Notes: generated by a model from the letters alone, not told the origin. DNA of 64,000 nucleotides from an uncultured Bacillales bacterium (GCA_946412015.1 CAMKGA010000003.1:12932-76931); one strand, 5' to 3'. Shown: positions 30,182 to 41,066, counted from the first letter of the stretch. Numbers and translations: made by a program.

Positions 30182-31390
30182 TTATTTAATCTTCTCTTTA
30201 TTATTAATGCTATACTTAGAAGAAATATATTTTAGTACGCTATCTAATTCATTTTTTGTTGTCTTATCATTTTCATAATATGCTGGTATTACTAAATTTT
30301 CGTTATACATTTCATATCTCGTTCTATTGAAATCCATTATATAATTTAATGTGCAATTAGCCGTATATATTATATTGCTAGAGGCTTTATAAGAATAACC
30401 ATTAGGCATTTCCCTATATTTATTATCACCATTATCCATATAAATAGCTGTAAAATCATCATCACTTTCGTAAATACAAACTCTATTTGCTTTTTCCCTT
30501 AATCCATCATATCTTTTTATATATCCATCTTTATTATATAAATATTTACTAAATAAATGTGCACTATCACCAGTAATACCGATAATTTTATCATCTACAT
30601 GATCGATAATTTCATCATATAAATCAAATGTTCTTATATAGTCATTATACTTACTATGATCATAAGAATTATTATACATATAAATAATACTATACAAATT
30701 TAAAGTAGGAAATTTTAATAAAGAATAGTATTTTTCTTTTTCTATATTTGAAAGCTCATTATAAATTGATATCAATTGTTTGCTCTCTTTAAATAAATCA
30801 TATAATGTATCATAAAGATTTCTTTTTTCATTATTATTTAAACTTAGATAACTAACAACCAACATTCTAATTTCATTAATACTATTACTATATTCAGTAA
30901 TGCGATCTAATAATTTATTATCGTAAGATTTTACCTTGCTAGTATTACTATCAGATTCAGCTATTTTTCTTTTTATTTCTTCTTTAACAGTTTTACCATA
31001 ATCTATTCCTGTTTTAACTAGATCTTCTATTTTATCTTTTGCATATTTTTTATTATAATTAACCATTTCTTGTTTGACTTTTTCATTTACTTTTTTATAT
31101 GCCTCAGATATAACTTTAGAAAATTTCTTATCACTATTAGTATTGTTTTCATCTACTGTATCATTTGAAGAAATTGATGCATCATTAACATCATTATTAA
31201 TTTCATCTTTTCTTATCTCATCAAATTTCTCTTTCACAAATTTTTTTCCTGAATTAAATAATTCTTTAAACTTTAATTTTTCACTATCAGATAAATTAAA
31301 TATATCATTTTTAGGAAATTCATTATTTTTAATATCATTATCTATATTTTTTACAGCACTTTTTATTTTTTCAAATAATTCTTTATTCAT
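30182..31390 (-). CDS. hypothetical protein (orphan operon gene 4)
   Basis: 402-aa ORF overlapping the upstream gene by 8 nt. K/E/N-rich helical N-terminal half. No motif recognised. Confidence 0.7.
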   Translation of the reverse strand: MNKELFEKIKSAVKNIDNDIKNNEFPKNDIFNLSDSEKLKFKELFNSGKKFVKEKFDEIRKDEINNDVNDASISSNDTVDENNTNSDKKFSKVISEAYKKVNEKVKQEMVNYNKKYAKDKIEDLVKTGIDYGKTVKEEIKRKIAESDSNTSKVKSYDNKLLDRITEYSNSINEIRMLVVSYLSLNNNEKRNLYDTLYDLFKESKQLISIYNELSNIEKEKYYSLLKFPTLNLYSIIYMYNNSYDHSKYNDYIRTFDLYDEIIDHVDDKIIGITGDSAHLFSKYLYNKDGYIKRYDGLREKANRVCIYESDDDFTAIYMDNGDNKYREMPNGYSYKASSNIIYTANCTLNYIMDFNRTRYEMYNENLVIPAYYENDKTTKNELDSVLKYISSKYSINNKEKIK

Positions 31391-32351
31391 TATATCCTCC
31401 TTTAATACTCTTTTTAAAAGATAAAACTTTTTGTTTTTCTTTATTTATCATATTCCTTGATAAATCCTTATTTAATCTTAAATTAAATTTAGGTTCATGA
31501 GTCTTTATTAAGCATTCTTTTTCTAATTTTCTTGCATATTCCTTAGTATAAATTGTAATTGGGTATTCTTTTATTTCAACTATATATTTATCATAAGAGT
31601 AATATCTTACAGATACTTCTTCAATAGTAGTAATTTTATTATCTTTACCATCATTATTTCTTATGTATACTTTTCCTTCAAATACAAGCATATTTTTTGG
31701 AATATCATCCATTTCAATTTTATCTATTAGTTTTTTTGATAATTCTTTTGAGAAAGTTTCGTATGTATAGTATTTATCATCTGCCTTTCTATCTTCAAAA
31801 TCATCAAAAAAAACTTTATAAGCATTCTTTACTTTTTCAATTAAAAGATTATCACTTATTAATTTATTGTTAGTCATCCCTTTGTATATTCCATCTTCAT
31901 ATAAAAATACTTGGGGATTATTTAATTCCAAAAAGTCATTTAATTCTTTTTGTGTCATTATTTCATTTCTTTTAATAGAATTAATATGCTTATGTATTAC
32001 AAATATATCATCTTTATCCTTAAGTGCAAATAATTCATAAATTCCATAATCTGTTAATTGAATGTATGGCATATTAAATTTTAGCAATTGATTAATATAA
32101 TTAATTATTGTAGAATTATATGTAGAATTATATTTTTCTTTATGAATTGGAATATTAGAATATGGAAACGAAATATTATTCTCACTCATATAACTATTTA
32201 TATAAACGCTTGATCCTGGCTTGTTATGATATATCATTTCATCCGCATTTAAAATTGTCATTGAATCACCTATTTGTGGTATCATAATTTGTACTCTATC
32301 GTTATCCGCATAAACAGGATTTATTTTCTGTATAACTTCATTATTGTTCAT
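31383..32351 (-). CDS. hypothetical protein (orphan operon gene 3)
   Basis: ORF with the start moved to the ATG at 32351 (GGAGGAAATAAG-ATG, reads MNNNEVIQ). No motif recognised. Confidence 0.7.
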   Translation of the reverse strand: MNNNEVIQKINPVYADNDRVQIMIPQIGDSMTILNADEMIYHNKPGSSVYINSYMSENNISFPYSNIPIHKEKYNSTYNSTIINYINQLLKFNMPYIQLTDYGIYELFALKDKDDIFVIHKHINSIKRNEIMTQKELNDFLELNNPQVFLYEDGIYKGMTNNKLISDNLLIEKVKNAYKVFFDDFEDRKADDKYYTYETFSKELSKKLIDKIEMDDIPKNMLVFEGKVYIRNNDGKDNKITTIEEVSVRYYSYDKYIVEIKEYPITIYTKEYARKLEKECLIKTHEPKFNLRLNKDLSRNMINKEKQKVLSFKKSIKGGYNE

Positions 32352-32430
32352 CTTATTTCCTCCAATGTCATATATTATAAATAAAAAAGAAGTAAATTGC
32401 AATAAAAAACCGTGCCTAATTTATCACGAT

Positions 32431-33000
32431 TTAAATTTTTATTTTTTTATGTCCCAAAAAATAGAAGGAGAAAATATCATCAATTATAACTATAAAGTAA
32501 TTATATGACTGTTCATCATAATTTTTACTTTTTAAATCAACAATAATTGAATCATACAATCCTTTTAAATTGGATTTATTAGTTTTTTTTATATTATTAA
32601 ATCCATTTAAATATTTCTTCATACTATCAATTTCATAGTCTATTTTTTCATCTTCTATATTTTCTATTTTATCGAGAAGTTCATAAAGTTCAAGTGAAAC
32701 TTTATATGGATATACTTGCATTGGATTCTGCATTTCATACATTTGCATATATTTTTTTAATTCTTCAATTGAATAATCGTTTATATTTCTGCTTTTTAAA
32801 ATATTACATAAATCCGATCTTAAAATGTAATCTTTTAAAGATATTTTATTGCCTCTAATAGAATTTTCAATTTGATATTCACCATTTGTAATAGTTACAG
32901 CAACAGTTGCTTTAGTTATAAATTCATAAACAAGACTCTTATATTTTTCATCATATTCGCTTTTTTTCTTAAAAATTTCTAATATGCCATTATCATTCAT
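32431..33000 (-). CDS. hypothetical protein (orphan operon gene 2)
   Basis: 189-aa ORF starting 4 nt after the upstream stop. No motif recognised. Confidence 0.65.
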   Translation of the reverse strand: MNDNGILEIFKKKSEYDEKYKSLVYEFITKATVAVTITNGEYQIENSIRGNKISLKDYILRSDLCNILKSRNINDYSIEELKKYMQMYEMQNPMQVYPYKVSLELYELLDKIENIEDEKIDYEIDSMKKYLNGFNNIKKTNKSNLKGLYDSIIVDLKSKNYDEQSYNYFIVIIDDIFSFYFLGHKKIKI

Positions 33001-33004
33001 ACAC

Positions 33005-34462
33005 TTATACCCGATTAATAAATATAAACATTATACTGCATAATATGCCTGCAAAGAATCCTACAATAAGAGCTAAGGATATTGCATTTGCAAAACCACT
33101 ATGGTCATTAGGTTTTAAAAGAACCTTTTGCTTTCCTTTTTCATTTTGATTAACATTTTGCTTTACTTCCTGTTTTTGCATAACAATTGCTTTATTTTTC
33201 TCTCTTATATCATTTGCAATATCTATTTCTTTTTCACTTCTTTTATTAAAAGAATCTCTATTTGAAACGTCCACTACTTTATACATCTGAATTCTATTTA
33301 AAACATCTGGTCTAATCATATTTGTTTCATCAATTTTTTTTGAGTCAATTATGTCTTTCTCCATTTTAGAACTATCTTTGATTAATTTAATATATTCTAG
33401 TGACATAGTATCATAAACATTACCATCTTTTGACTTATATGAATTAACATAATCAGTAATCTCTTTAACTTCTAAGACTTTTTCTTTACATTCTTTAGTA
33501 TATGGGTCAAAACTGCGTTGTGTAATTTTCCCGTTTTCATAAATAAATGGATATATTCCCACAGGCACACCATCAATTACAATTTCAAAACCATAATCCT
33601 GTTGATCTTTAGAATGACCTAAGCTATCCCATTCAGGTATATATAATCCATTTTGTATAAATATTTGTCTTAAAGTCGAAATATCCTTCATATCACAAAT
33701 AGTATCTATATCACCGTGCATTCTATTTGAATCTTCATTTAAAAGAAAGTATGGGACAGTCCCACCAGCTAAAAATAACTTCAAATTTTCATTTGCTAAC
33801 ATCATCTTTAATTTTATAAAAGTTAATTTTATTAGGTCAAATGTATGATTTTTTATTTTCTCTAGTTTTTTATACTCTTCTACACTTTTGGTAATAATAC
33901 CATCAATTTCTTTTATAATATCATCATACTCTTTTTCACTATCTTTATATTCTTCTATTGCTTTATCAACTTTATCACTAGGTAAAATACCTGGATACTT
34001 AACATTTAAATCTTCTGCTTTTTCCATTAAATATGCTTTTACTTTTTCATTTTTATATTCATTTACAGCATTTATTGCTTCTTGATCAATATCTTTTATA
34101 ATTTCATCGTACTCTTTTTCATTATTCTTGTATTTTTCAATTATATTATCTACCTTATCACTTGGAGCTATTCCTTCATACTTAGTATTTAATTCTTCTG
34201 CCTTTTTTAAAATATAGTCTTTTACTTTTTTATTTTTAATATTTTTTTTATATTCTTCAACCATTTTTTCAGATAATTCATTAAATTCTTTTACAAGAGT
34301 ATCATATTCCATATCACTATTCAAAAACTTGTTAATAACTTCATTAACGCGATCTTTTGGAACAATATCTTCATATTCTTTATTAAGAGTATCAATTTGT
34401 TCTAATATATATTTTGTAATTTTATCATTTTTTTCCTCTATTAACATAATTCCTCCTATCAT
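33005..34462 (-). CDS. tail-anchored protein: three tandem ~61-65-aa helical repeats + Lnu/ANT(2'')-like nucleotidyltransferase domain + C-terminal TM
   Basis: Repeats such as KDYILKKAEELNTKYEGIAPSDKVDNIIEKYKNNEKEYDEIIKDID occur three times. NTase motif LFLAGGTVPYFLL...HGDIDTI and GFEIVIDGVPVGIYPF. C-terminal TM segment AISLALIVGFFAGILCSIMFIFI. An alternative start is the ATG at 34447. Confidence 0.75.
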   Translation of the reverse strand: MIGGIMLIEEKNDKITKYILEQIDTLNKEYEDIVPKDRVNEVINKFLNSDMEYDTLVKEFNELSEKMVEEYKKNIKNKKVKDYILKKAEELNTKYEGIAPSDKVDNIIEKYKNNEKEYDEIIKDIDQEAINAVNEYKNEKVKAYLMEKAEDLNVKYPGILPSDKVDKAIEEYKDSEKEYDDIIKEIDGIITKSVEEYKKLEKIKNHTFDLIKLTFIKLKMMLANENLKLFLAGGTVPYFLLNEDSNRMHGDIDTICDMKDISTLRQIFIQNGLYIPEWDSLGHSKDQQDYGFEIVIDGVPVGIYPFIYENGKITQRSFDPYTKECKEKVLEVKEITDYVNSYKSKDGNVYDTMSLEYIKLIKDSSKMEKDIIDSKKIDETNMIRPDVLNRIQMYKVVDVSNRDSFNKRSEKEIDIANDIREKNKAIVMQKQEVKQNVNQNEKGKQKVLLKPNDHSGFANAISLALIVGFFAGILCSIMFIFINRV

Positions 34463-34529
34463 ATAAGAACTCTATCATAAATTTATTATAACATATTTTT
34501 ATAAAAAGAAAAAGACTGCAGTACAATCT

Positions 34530-35720
34530 TTATAATAACTCATTTTTTATATTACTATTTTTTAAAGCTTTAACTAACGCATCAATATCTTCCTTAGTAT
34601 TATAAAAGTATAAACTAACTCGACACGTATTTTTTATTTTTAATTCATCTTTTAGTAACTTAGCACAGTGATTTCCAGCTCTTACGCATATATTATATTT
34701 ATCTAAGTATATAGCTAAATCTTGAGGAAATATATCTTTATAGTTAAAAGTTATAATTCCTGATTTAGAATTTGTGTTATAAATCTCTATATTTTCTATT
34801 TCGCTTAATCTATCTATTGCATAATTGCGCAACTCTTTTTCATAATTATAAATATTATCCATACCTATATTATTTAAATAATCAATTACACTACCAAAGC
34901 CTATAATTGATGCAATTGGGAGCGTTCCTGCTTCTAATTTTGATGGTAAGCTTTTATATTTAGTTATCCTATCAAATGTAAAAGATGCATTCATACCTCC
35001 TCCAAAACAAGTAGGATATAAATTATTTAAAAGTTCTTTTTTTCCATATAGTATTCCAAGTCCTGTAGGACCACACATTTTATGTGCAGAAAATGCAAGA
35101 AAATCAATATCAGTATCAATAACATCTATTTTCATATGGGCTACAGCTTGAGCACCATCTACTACAACTTTTATTCCAAGTTTATGTGCATATTCAATTA
35201 TTTCTTTAATAGGCCTTATATCGCCTACTACATTTGAAATATATGCAAGAGAAATCACTTTAGTATTTTTTGTAATGCTTTTTTTTACATTATCTAAAGT
35301 GATTTCATAATTTTCATTTAAAGGAATATAATTCACATTAATATTAATCTCATTAGATAACTCAAACCAAGGAAGTATATTACTTGCATGCTCCGCTTTT
35401 GTAATTAAAACCTCATCATTATCTTTTAAATTATACCTAAAATAACCAAATACAATTTTATTTAATGAATCAGTTGCATTACTAGTAAAAATAATCTCAT
35501 CACTACTACTTGCATTAATAAAATCTTTAATTTTATTTCTAGTATTTAATATTTCATTATCAACTAAAAGTGCAATCTTATAATCTCCTCTAGAAGCATT
35601 TGCACTATAATTATTATAATAATCACTTACTTTTTGTGATAATATTTTAGGTTTTAAAGTTGTTGCAGCATTATCAAGATAAACAACGTTTTTTAAAACA
35701 TTAAAATCTTCACGATACAT
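34530..35720 (-). CDS. sufS: cysteine desulfurase SufS
   Basis: YLDNAATT, FSAHKMCGPTGLG (PLP lysine), RAGNHCA (catalytic Cys loop). Last gene of the suf cluster. Confidence 0.9.
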   Translation of the reverse strand: MYREDFNVLKNVVYLDNAATTLKPKILSQKVSDYYNNYSANASRGDYKIALLVDNEILNTRNKIKDFINASSSDEIIFTSNATDSLNKIVFGYFRYNLKDNDEVLITKAEHASNILPWFELSNEININVNYIPLNENYEITLDNVKKSITKNTKVISLAYISNVVGDIRPIKEIIEYAHKLGIKVVVDGAQAVAHMKIDVIDTDIDFLAFSAHKMCGPTGLGILYGKKELLNNLYPTCFGGGMNASFTFDRITKYKSLPSKLEAGTLPIASIIGFGSVIDYLNNIGMDNIYNYEKELRNYAIDRLSEIENIEIYNTNSKSGIITFNYKDIFPQDLAIYLDKYNICVRAGNHCAKLLKDELKIKNTCRVSLYFYNTKEDIDALVKALKNSNIKNELL

Positions 35721-35723
35721 AAA

Positions 35724-36521
35724 TCACCTCCAATATTTTTTTATTGAATCTATAATTTTTTTTGATAAAAATTCATCAGTAATCCCACCAATCAGGAATC
35801 CTTTTATTAAAAGCTTGTAAGCATCATTTTTAGATATTCCCATAGTCTCTAAATAAAACAACTCTTCATTTTCAAAATTTCCAATGAGTGCAGAATGATT
35901 AGCATCAACGTTATCTGTATCGATATAAAGTATTGGTCTAATTTCACACTTATTATTTGTTAAATTAATAATTCTATTATATTGATTACAGATACATTCA
36001 GCAATATCTTTTTTTACACTACTAGATATTTGAATATTTGTATTACCGTCTAAATTAACACAATTATTAACTATATTACTATAAGTATTTTTATGATTAT
36101 GAAATACTGCATAATCGTACGATTCTTTGTTTTTTCCAATACTTTTAAAAATATAATCAATTTTTGCATTATATCCATTTAAGTTTACTTCAACCATTTC
36201 ATTAATTGATAGTATATCATTATATTTAAATACATTTAAACTACTATTTTCTTTAATAATATAATTATATTTAATTTTAGCTTTATCTCCCTTTGAATAA
36301 ATATATAAATTTGAACTACAATTTTCTTTAACACTAATATCTATTTTTAATTTAGTTAATAATTTATTATCAATACTTAAAATTAAATTTTCACTTTTAT
36401 TTATATTTATAGTAATCTTATTTATATCAAATAAATCTTTTTTTTCATATTCAAAAACATTAATACCTTTATTAATTTTTTTAGATTTTATTTTATCATT
36501 AACTACATCTATTTTATTCAT
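35724..36521 (-). CDS. short SufB/SufD-family Fe-S scaffold protein (265 aa)
   Basis: C-terminal NHSALIGNFENEELFYLETMGISKNDAYKLLIKGFL matches the SufB/D signature (H.A..G..dee.lFYl.sRGi). At 265 aa it looks much shorter than I recall for SufB or SufD. Confidence 0.75.
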   Translation of the reverse strand: MNKIDVVNDKIKSKKINKGINVFEYEKKDLFDINKITININKSENLILSIDNKLLTKLKIDISVKENCSSNLYIYSKGDKAKIKYNYIIKENSSLNVFKYNDILSINEMVEVNLNGYNAKIDYIFKSIGKNKESYDYAVFHNHKNTYSNIVNNCVNLDGNTNIQISSSVKKDIAECICNQYNRIINLTNNKCEIRPILYIDTDNVDANHSALIGNFENEELFYLETMGISKNDAYKLLIKGFLIGGITDEFLSKKIIDSIKKYWR

Positions 36522-37308
36522 TACTTATCATTTCCTTAACGGCGCATGTTCCAATTGATTCTTTTTTAGTTTCATTGATATATTTATTATAACCTTCTTT
36601 TTCAATTTCTTTAACTAATGAGTAATTTCCAGTCTTTACAATTTTTCCTGATACCATTATATGGACAAAATCAGGCTTAATATAATCTAATAATCTTTGA
36701 TAATGTGTAACTAAAAGTATTCCTGGCTTTTCTCTTTTAAAATAATCATATACCTCACTACCTACTGTTTTCAAACTATCAACGTCAAGCCCAGAATCAA
36801 TCTCATCCAGTAAAACCATAGTTGGTTTTAACATATTCATTTGTAAAATTTCATTTTTCTTTCTCTCTCCACCGCTAAAACCTTGATTAACTCCTCTATG
36901 GATCATATCTTTATTCATATTTAATTTTTCCACTGACGACTCTAAATCATTAATAAAATCATATAATTTAAAATTACTACCAAGTTTTGAATGTAAAGCT
37001 GTACGAAGCATATCAGCATTAGTAACTCCATCTATTTCAAGAGGCATCTGCATTCCTAAAAAAATTCCCAATAAAGCTCGTTTATCAGTAGTTAAATCGT
37101 TAAGTAAAGTATCATTATAATAAATACTTCCTTCTAATATTTCATAATCAGGATGCCCCATAATAACCTTTGATAATGTTGATTTTCCAACTCCATTAGG
37201 TCCCATTATTACGTGAATCTCACCTGATTTTATCTCTATATTAAAGTTATCCAATATTATTTTATCGGCAACTTTTACTTTTAATCCTTCAATTTTTAAC
37301 TTATTCAT
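36514..37308 (-). CDS. sufC: Fe-S cluster assembly ATPase SufC
   Basis: GPNGVGKST (Walker A), FSGGERKKNEILQ (ABC signature), LLDEIDSGLD (Walker B), VTHY. Confidence 0.93.
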   Translation of the reverse strand: MNKLKIEGLKVKVADKIILDNFNIEIKSGEIHVIMGPNGVGKSTLSKVIMGHPDYEILEGSIYYNDTLLNDLTTDKRALLGIFLGMQMPLEIDGVTNADMLRTALHSKLGSNFKLYDFINDLESSVEKLNMNKDMIHRGVNQGFSGGERKKNEILQMNMLKPTMVLLDEIDSGLDVDSLKTVGSEVYDYFKREKPGILLVTHYQRLLDYIKPDFVHIMVSGKIVKTGNYSLVKEIEKEGYNKYINETKKESIGTCAVKEMISNE

Positions 37309-37507
37309 AATAAATCACCAAATTAATTATACTAAAAATTTGATAAAATTTAAAGCTTATTAATAATATTTTTTGCGCCAAAAATTAAGTAAAATTGTAT
37401 AAAATTTGTTTAATCATACATTATAAATTAGAATATTCGCAGATATTCACACAAAAAGGGTTTAACTCTTTTTATTTTTTTGATAAAATATTTTAGGAGA
37501 TGATTAT

Positions 37508-37870
37508 ATGGATTGTTTATTTTGTAAGATAATTAATGGGGATATTAAAAGTTATAAGATTTATGAAGATGATATTGTTTTTTGTTTTTTAGATATAAAT
37601 CCTGATTCTAATGGTCATACATTATTAATACCTAAAAAGCATTATTTAGATATGGATGATATTCCAATTGATACTTTAACTCATATTTTTAAAATAGCAA
37701 AAAAAATTAAGTTAGATTTGGAAGAAAAGTTAAAATGTGATGGTGTTACTTTTGTACAAAATAATGGGGATATACAAGAAGTTAAACATTTTCACTTACA
37801 TTTAAAACCATATTATAAAAACAATATAATAAAAGAAGCTAGTGAGGTCTATGAATTATTAAAAAAATAG
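37508..37870 (+). CDS. HIT-family (histidine triad) nucleotide hydrolase
   Basis: CLFCKII...GHTLLIPKKH...HFHLHLKP (HxHxHxx triad). Confidence 0.9.
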   Translation: MDCLFCKIINGDIKSYKIYEDDIVFCFLDINPDSNGHTLLIPKKHYLDMDDIPIDTLTHIFKIAKKIKLDLEEKLKCDGVTFVQNNGDIQEVKHFHLHLKPYYKNNIIKEASEVYELLKK

Positions 37871-37884
37871 GGAAACTAAATTCT

Positions 37885-38550
37885 CTATTTTTTGTTTATT
37901 ATTTCTTCATTTTCATCAAGAGTAGCTAATTCTAAATCATCTATAATAGTATTATCCTTTAATTTATTTAAAAGATTATAGTTATTTATTTTTATATGTT
38001 TTTCTATACGTATAGTAAGATCTCTAAGATGAGTAAGAAAACTAACACTAAAATAATAGCCTTTATTTTCTCTATCATAAAATCTATTTGTAAATCTAAA
38101 CATATCCGAGTACATTATATTTTTTATATCAGTATAATCTAATAAGAAATTGTCATTATTAGCATATTTATTATATATTTCTAATGCTTTATTATCAATC
38201 CTATAACAATTAAGTAAAAAAATCTTTTTTCTTGCATTAATATCGCCGCTATATGCACTAATTATTAATTTATATTGCTCTTGTTTTAACTTTGAAAATT
38301 TATAATTATTTACAAACTTATTCATTTTTTCGTGAATAAATTTAGAAGGATTATGACTTTTTTCTCCTTCATGCATATAACTAACTATAATATCTTTTAA
38401 TTTTTCTTCTATAAGAGATTTATCTATTTCATGCTTATTAGACTCATATGTATTTAAAACAATATAATAATAGTGATAATACAATATATTTAATACCTCT
38501 TCACCATATTTCTCATAATTACTTTTAATTGAATTATAATTAAGTTTCAT
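37885..38550 (-). CDS. hypothetical protein
   Basis: 221-aa ORF downstream of pnp. No motif recognised. Confidence 0.55.
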   Translation of the reverse strand: MKLNYNSIKSNYEKYGEEVLNILYYHYYYIVLNTYESNKHEIDKSLIEEKLKDIIVSYMHEGEKSHNPSKFIHEKMNKFVNNYKFSKLKQEQYKLIISAYSGDINARKKIFLLNCYRIDNKALEIYNKYANNDNFLLDYTDIKNIMYSDMFRFTNRFYDRENKGYYFSVSFLTHLRDLTIRIEKHIKINNYNLLNKLKDNTIIDDLELATLDENEEIINKK

Positions 38551-38613
38551 AATTACCCCCTTAATGTGAAAGTATTATATCAAAATATAAAAAAAATACA
38601 AATTAATGTATTT

Positions 38614-40743
38614 TTATTTTAAAGCTGCTTTTCTAGATAAGTTAAGTCTTCCACGCTTATCATATCCTAAGCATTTAACTATCATATCATCACCAACGTT
38701 TGCAATATCAGTAACTTTTTCTACTCTTTTTACATCAAGTTCAGAAATATGTACAAGTCCATCACACCCTGGCCATAATTCTACAAAACATCCAGAATCA
38801 ATTACTTTAACAACTTTTCCTTTATATATAACTCCTTCTTCAGGAACTCTTACAACATCTTTGATCATTTTTGCTGTTTTTTCAATTATTTCTTTATCAG
38901 TGTGATAAATAATTACTTTACCGTCATCCTCTAAATCAACTTTAACTGCATTAATATCATTAACACTTACTACTCCTGATGCATCTTGAATAATCTTAGT
39001 AATAGTGTCTCCACCCTTACCAATAATATCTTTAATCTTTTCAGGGTCAACCATAAATGTTAATGTTTTAGGTGCATATTTAGATACTTCACTTCTTGGT
39101 TCTTTAATTGTATCAAGCATTACATCTAACACTTTCATTCTTGCTTCTTTCGCATTTGCTAATGCTTCTTTTAATATTTCTTTAGTAATTCCCTTAATTT
39201 TAATATCCATTTGAAGTGCACATATACCATCTTTTGTACCTGCTACTTTAAAGTCCATATCTCCTAAATGATCTTCCATACCTTGAATATCCGTTAAAAT
39301 TGTATATTCATCACCATATGTGATTAATCCCATAGCTATTCCTGCAACAGGACTTTTAATAGGAACTCCCGCTGCCATCAAACTCATGCATCCTGCACAA
39401 ATACTTGCTTGTGATGAAGAACCATTTGATTCAAGTATTTCTGATACAACACGAATAGTATATGGAAATTCTTCTTCTGAAGGAATTACTTGAGCAAGTG
39501 CTCTTTCTCCTAATGCACCATGCCCTATTTCACGTCTACCTGGAGCACCATATCTACCAGTTTCACCAACTGAGAATTGTGGAAAATTATAGTGTAACAT
39601 AAATCTTTTTTCAGTTTCCAAATCTAATCCATCTAATATTTGATGTTCTCCAAGTGCACCCAAAGTAGTTACAGATAAACTTTGTGTCTCACCACGAGTA
39701 AAAAGTGCTGAACCATGTGTTCTTGGAAGTAAGTCTACAGAAGCAGAAAGCGGTCTAATTTCAGTCATTTTTCTACCATCTGCACGTAGTTTTTCTTTAA
39801 CTACAATTGATCTAAATACTTCATACTCAATCTCTTCAAGAACAAGCTTAACTTTTGTAATTTCTTCTTTTTTCTCTTCATCATCAAGGTCATTATATTT
39901 TTCTTCATATTCTAATACAATGTTTTCTTTAATCTCATCAAGTTTATTATACTTTTCAAGCTTATCTTTAATACGCAAAGCACTATCAATATCACTTTTA
40001 CATTTGTCTTCTACTTCAGCCTTTAGATCATCAGATATTTCAAGAGCCTCGTACTCCATCTTTTCTTCACCAATATCATCGATAATCTTCTTTTGAAATT
40101 CATTAAGCTCTTTAATTGCATCAAAGCCAAACATTAATGCATCAAGCATATCGTCTTCACTAACTTCCTTAGCACCAGCTTCTACCATATTAATTGCATC
40201 AATTGACCCCGCAACTGTTAAATCTATATCAGAATTTTCTGCTTGTTCTACAGTAGGATTGATAACAAGTTTTCCATCTACTCTACCAACTTTAACACCT
40301 GCAATAGGTCCATCAAAAGGAATCTTAGAAATCGATGTAGCAAGTGATGATGCAAACATAGCTGTCATTTCAGGTGAATTATCAGGATCAACACTTAAAA
40401 TTGTATTAACAATTTGTACTTCATTTCTAAAATTATCTGGGAACATTGGACGCATTGGTCTATCAATCATACGTGCAGCAAGTGTTGCAGCTTCGGTTGG
40501 ACGTCCTTCTCTTTTTATAAATCCTCCAGGTATCTTACCTACAGAATATAACTTTTCTTGATATAAAACCATAAGTGGAAAAAAATCTGATAAAACATTT
40601 GCGTTTTTTGATACGACAACTGTAGATAATACTACAGTATCTCCATATCTAACAAGTACCGCACCTGTTGCCTGTTTTGCAAGCTCTCCAGTCTCGACAA
40701 TTAACTTTCTTCCTCTAAAATCTAATTCATATACTTTTTTCAT
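38614..40743 (-). CDS. pnp: polyribonucleotide nucleotidyltransferase (PNPase)
   Basis: Two RNase PH domains ([15 protein letters not shown]), a KH domain ([11 protein letters not shown]) and an S1 domain ([15 protein letters not shown]). Confidence 0.97.
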   Translation of the reverse strand: MKKVYELDFRGRKLIVETGELAKQATGAVLVRYGDTVVLSTVVVSKNANVLSDFFPLMVLYQEKLYSVGKIPGGFIKREGRPTEAATLAARMIDRPMRPMFPDNFRNEVQIVNTILSVDPDNSPEMTAMFASSLATSISKIPFDGPIAGVKVGRVDGKLVINPTVEQAENSDIDLTVAGSIDAINMVEAGAKEVSEDDMLDALMFGFDAIKELNEFQKKIIDDIGEEKMEYEALEISDDLKAEVEDKCKSDIDSALRIKDKLEKYNKLDEIKENIVLEYEEKYNDLDDEEKKEEITKVKLVLEEIEYEVFRSIVVKEKLRADGRKMTEIRPLSASVDLLPRTHGSALFTRGETQSLSVTTLGALGEHQILDGLDLETEKRFMLHYNFPQFSVGETGRYGAPGRREIGHGALGERALAQVIPSEEEFPYTIRVVSEILESNGSSSQASICAGCMSLMAAGVPIKSPVAGIAMGLITYGDEYTILTDIQGMEDHLGDMDFKVAGTKDGICALQMDIKIKGITKEILKEALANAKEARMKVLDVMLDTIKEPRSEVSKYAPKTLTFMVDPEKIKDIIGKGGDTITKIIQDASGVVSVNDINAVKVDLEDDGKVIIYHTDKEIIEKTAKMIKDVVRVPEEGVIYKGKVVKVIDSGCFVELWPGCDGLVHISELDVKRVEKVTDIANVGDDMIVKCLGYDKRGRLNLSRKAALK

Positions 40744-40756
40744 TCATTACCTCCTC

Positions 40757-40785
40757 AAAATAAAGACACTCAAAAAAGAGTGTCC
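40757..40785 (-). terminator. rpsO-pnp intergenic terminator/attenuator hairpin
   Basis: Minus strand GACACTC-TTTTTT-GAGTGTC (40778-40784 / 40765-40771) followed by TTTATTTT. It lies between the rpsO stop and the pnp RBS. Confidence 0.7.
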
Positions 40786-40796
40786 AGTTTTTATAT

Positions 40797-41066
40797 TTAT
40801 TTTCTTAATCCTAAATCTTTAACAATCTTACGATATCTAGTAACATCATGTTTAATTAAATAATTAAGTAAACTCTTTCTTTGACCAACTTTCTTAAGTA
40901 ATCCTCTTTTTGAATGATGATCATGCTTATGTTCTTTAAAATGTTCTGTTAAAGAATTAATTTCCTCTGTTAAAATAGCAATTTGTACTTCGATAGAACC
41001 AGTATCATTCTCATTCTTTCCAAATTTTTTAACAAGCTCTGCTTTCTTTTCTTTGTTTAAAGCCAT
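40797..41066 (-). CDS. rpsO: 30S ribosomal protein S15
   Basis: 89 aa: [48 protein letters not shown]. Confidence 0.97.
   Translation of the reverse strand: MALNKEKKAELVKKFGKNENDTGSIEVQIAILTEEINSLTEHFKEHKHDHHSKRGLLKKVGQRKSLLNYLIKHDVTRYRKIVKDLGLRK

Noticed and set aside
38590-38616. A/T-only hairpin (AAAAATACA...TGTATTTTT) after pnp as a terminator.
   Set aside because: The stem is almost entirely A-T and overlaps the pnp stop. It is too weak to call without folding energies.
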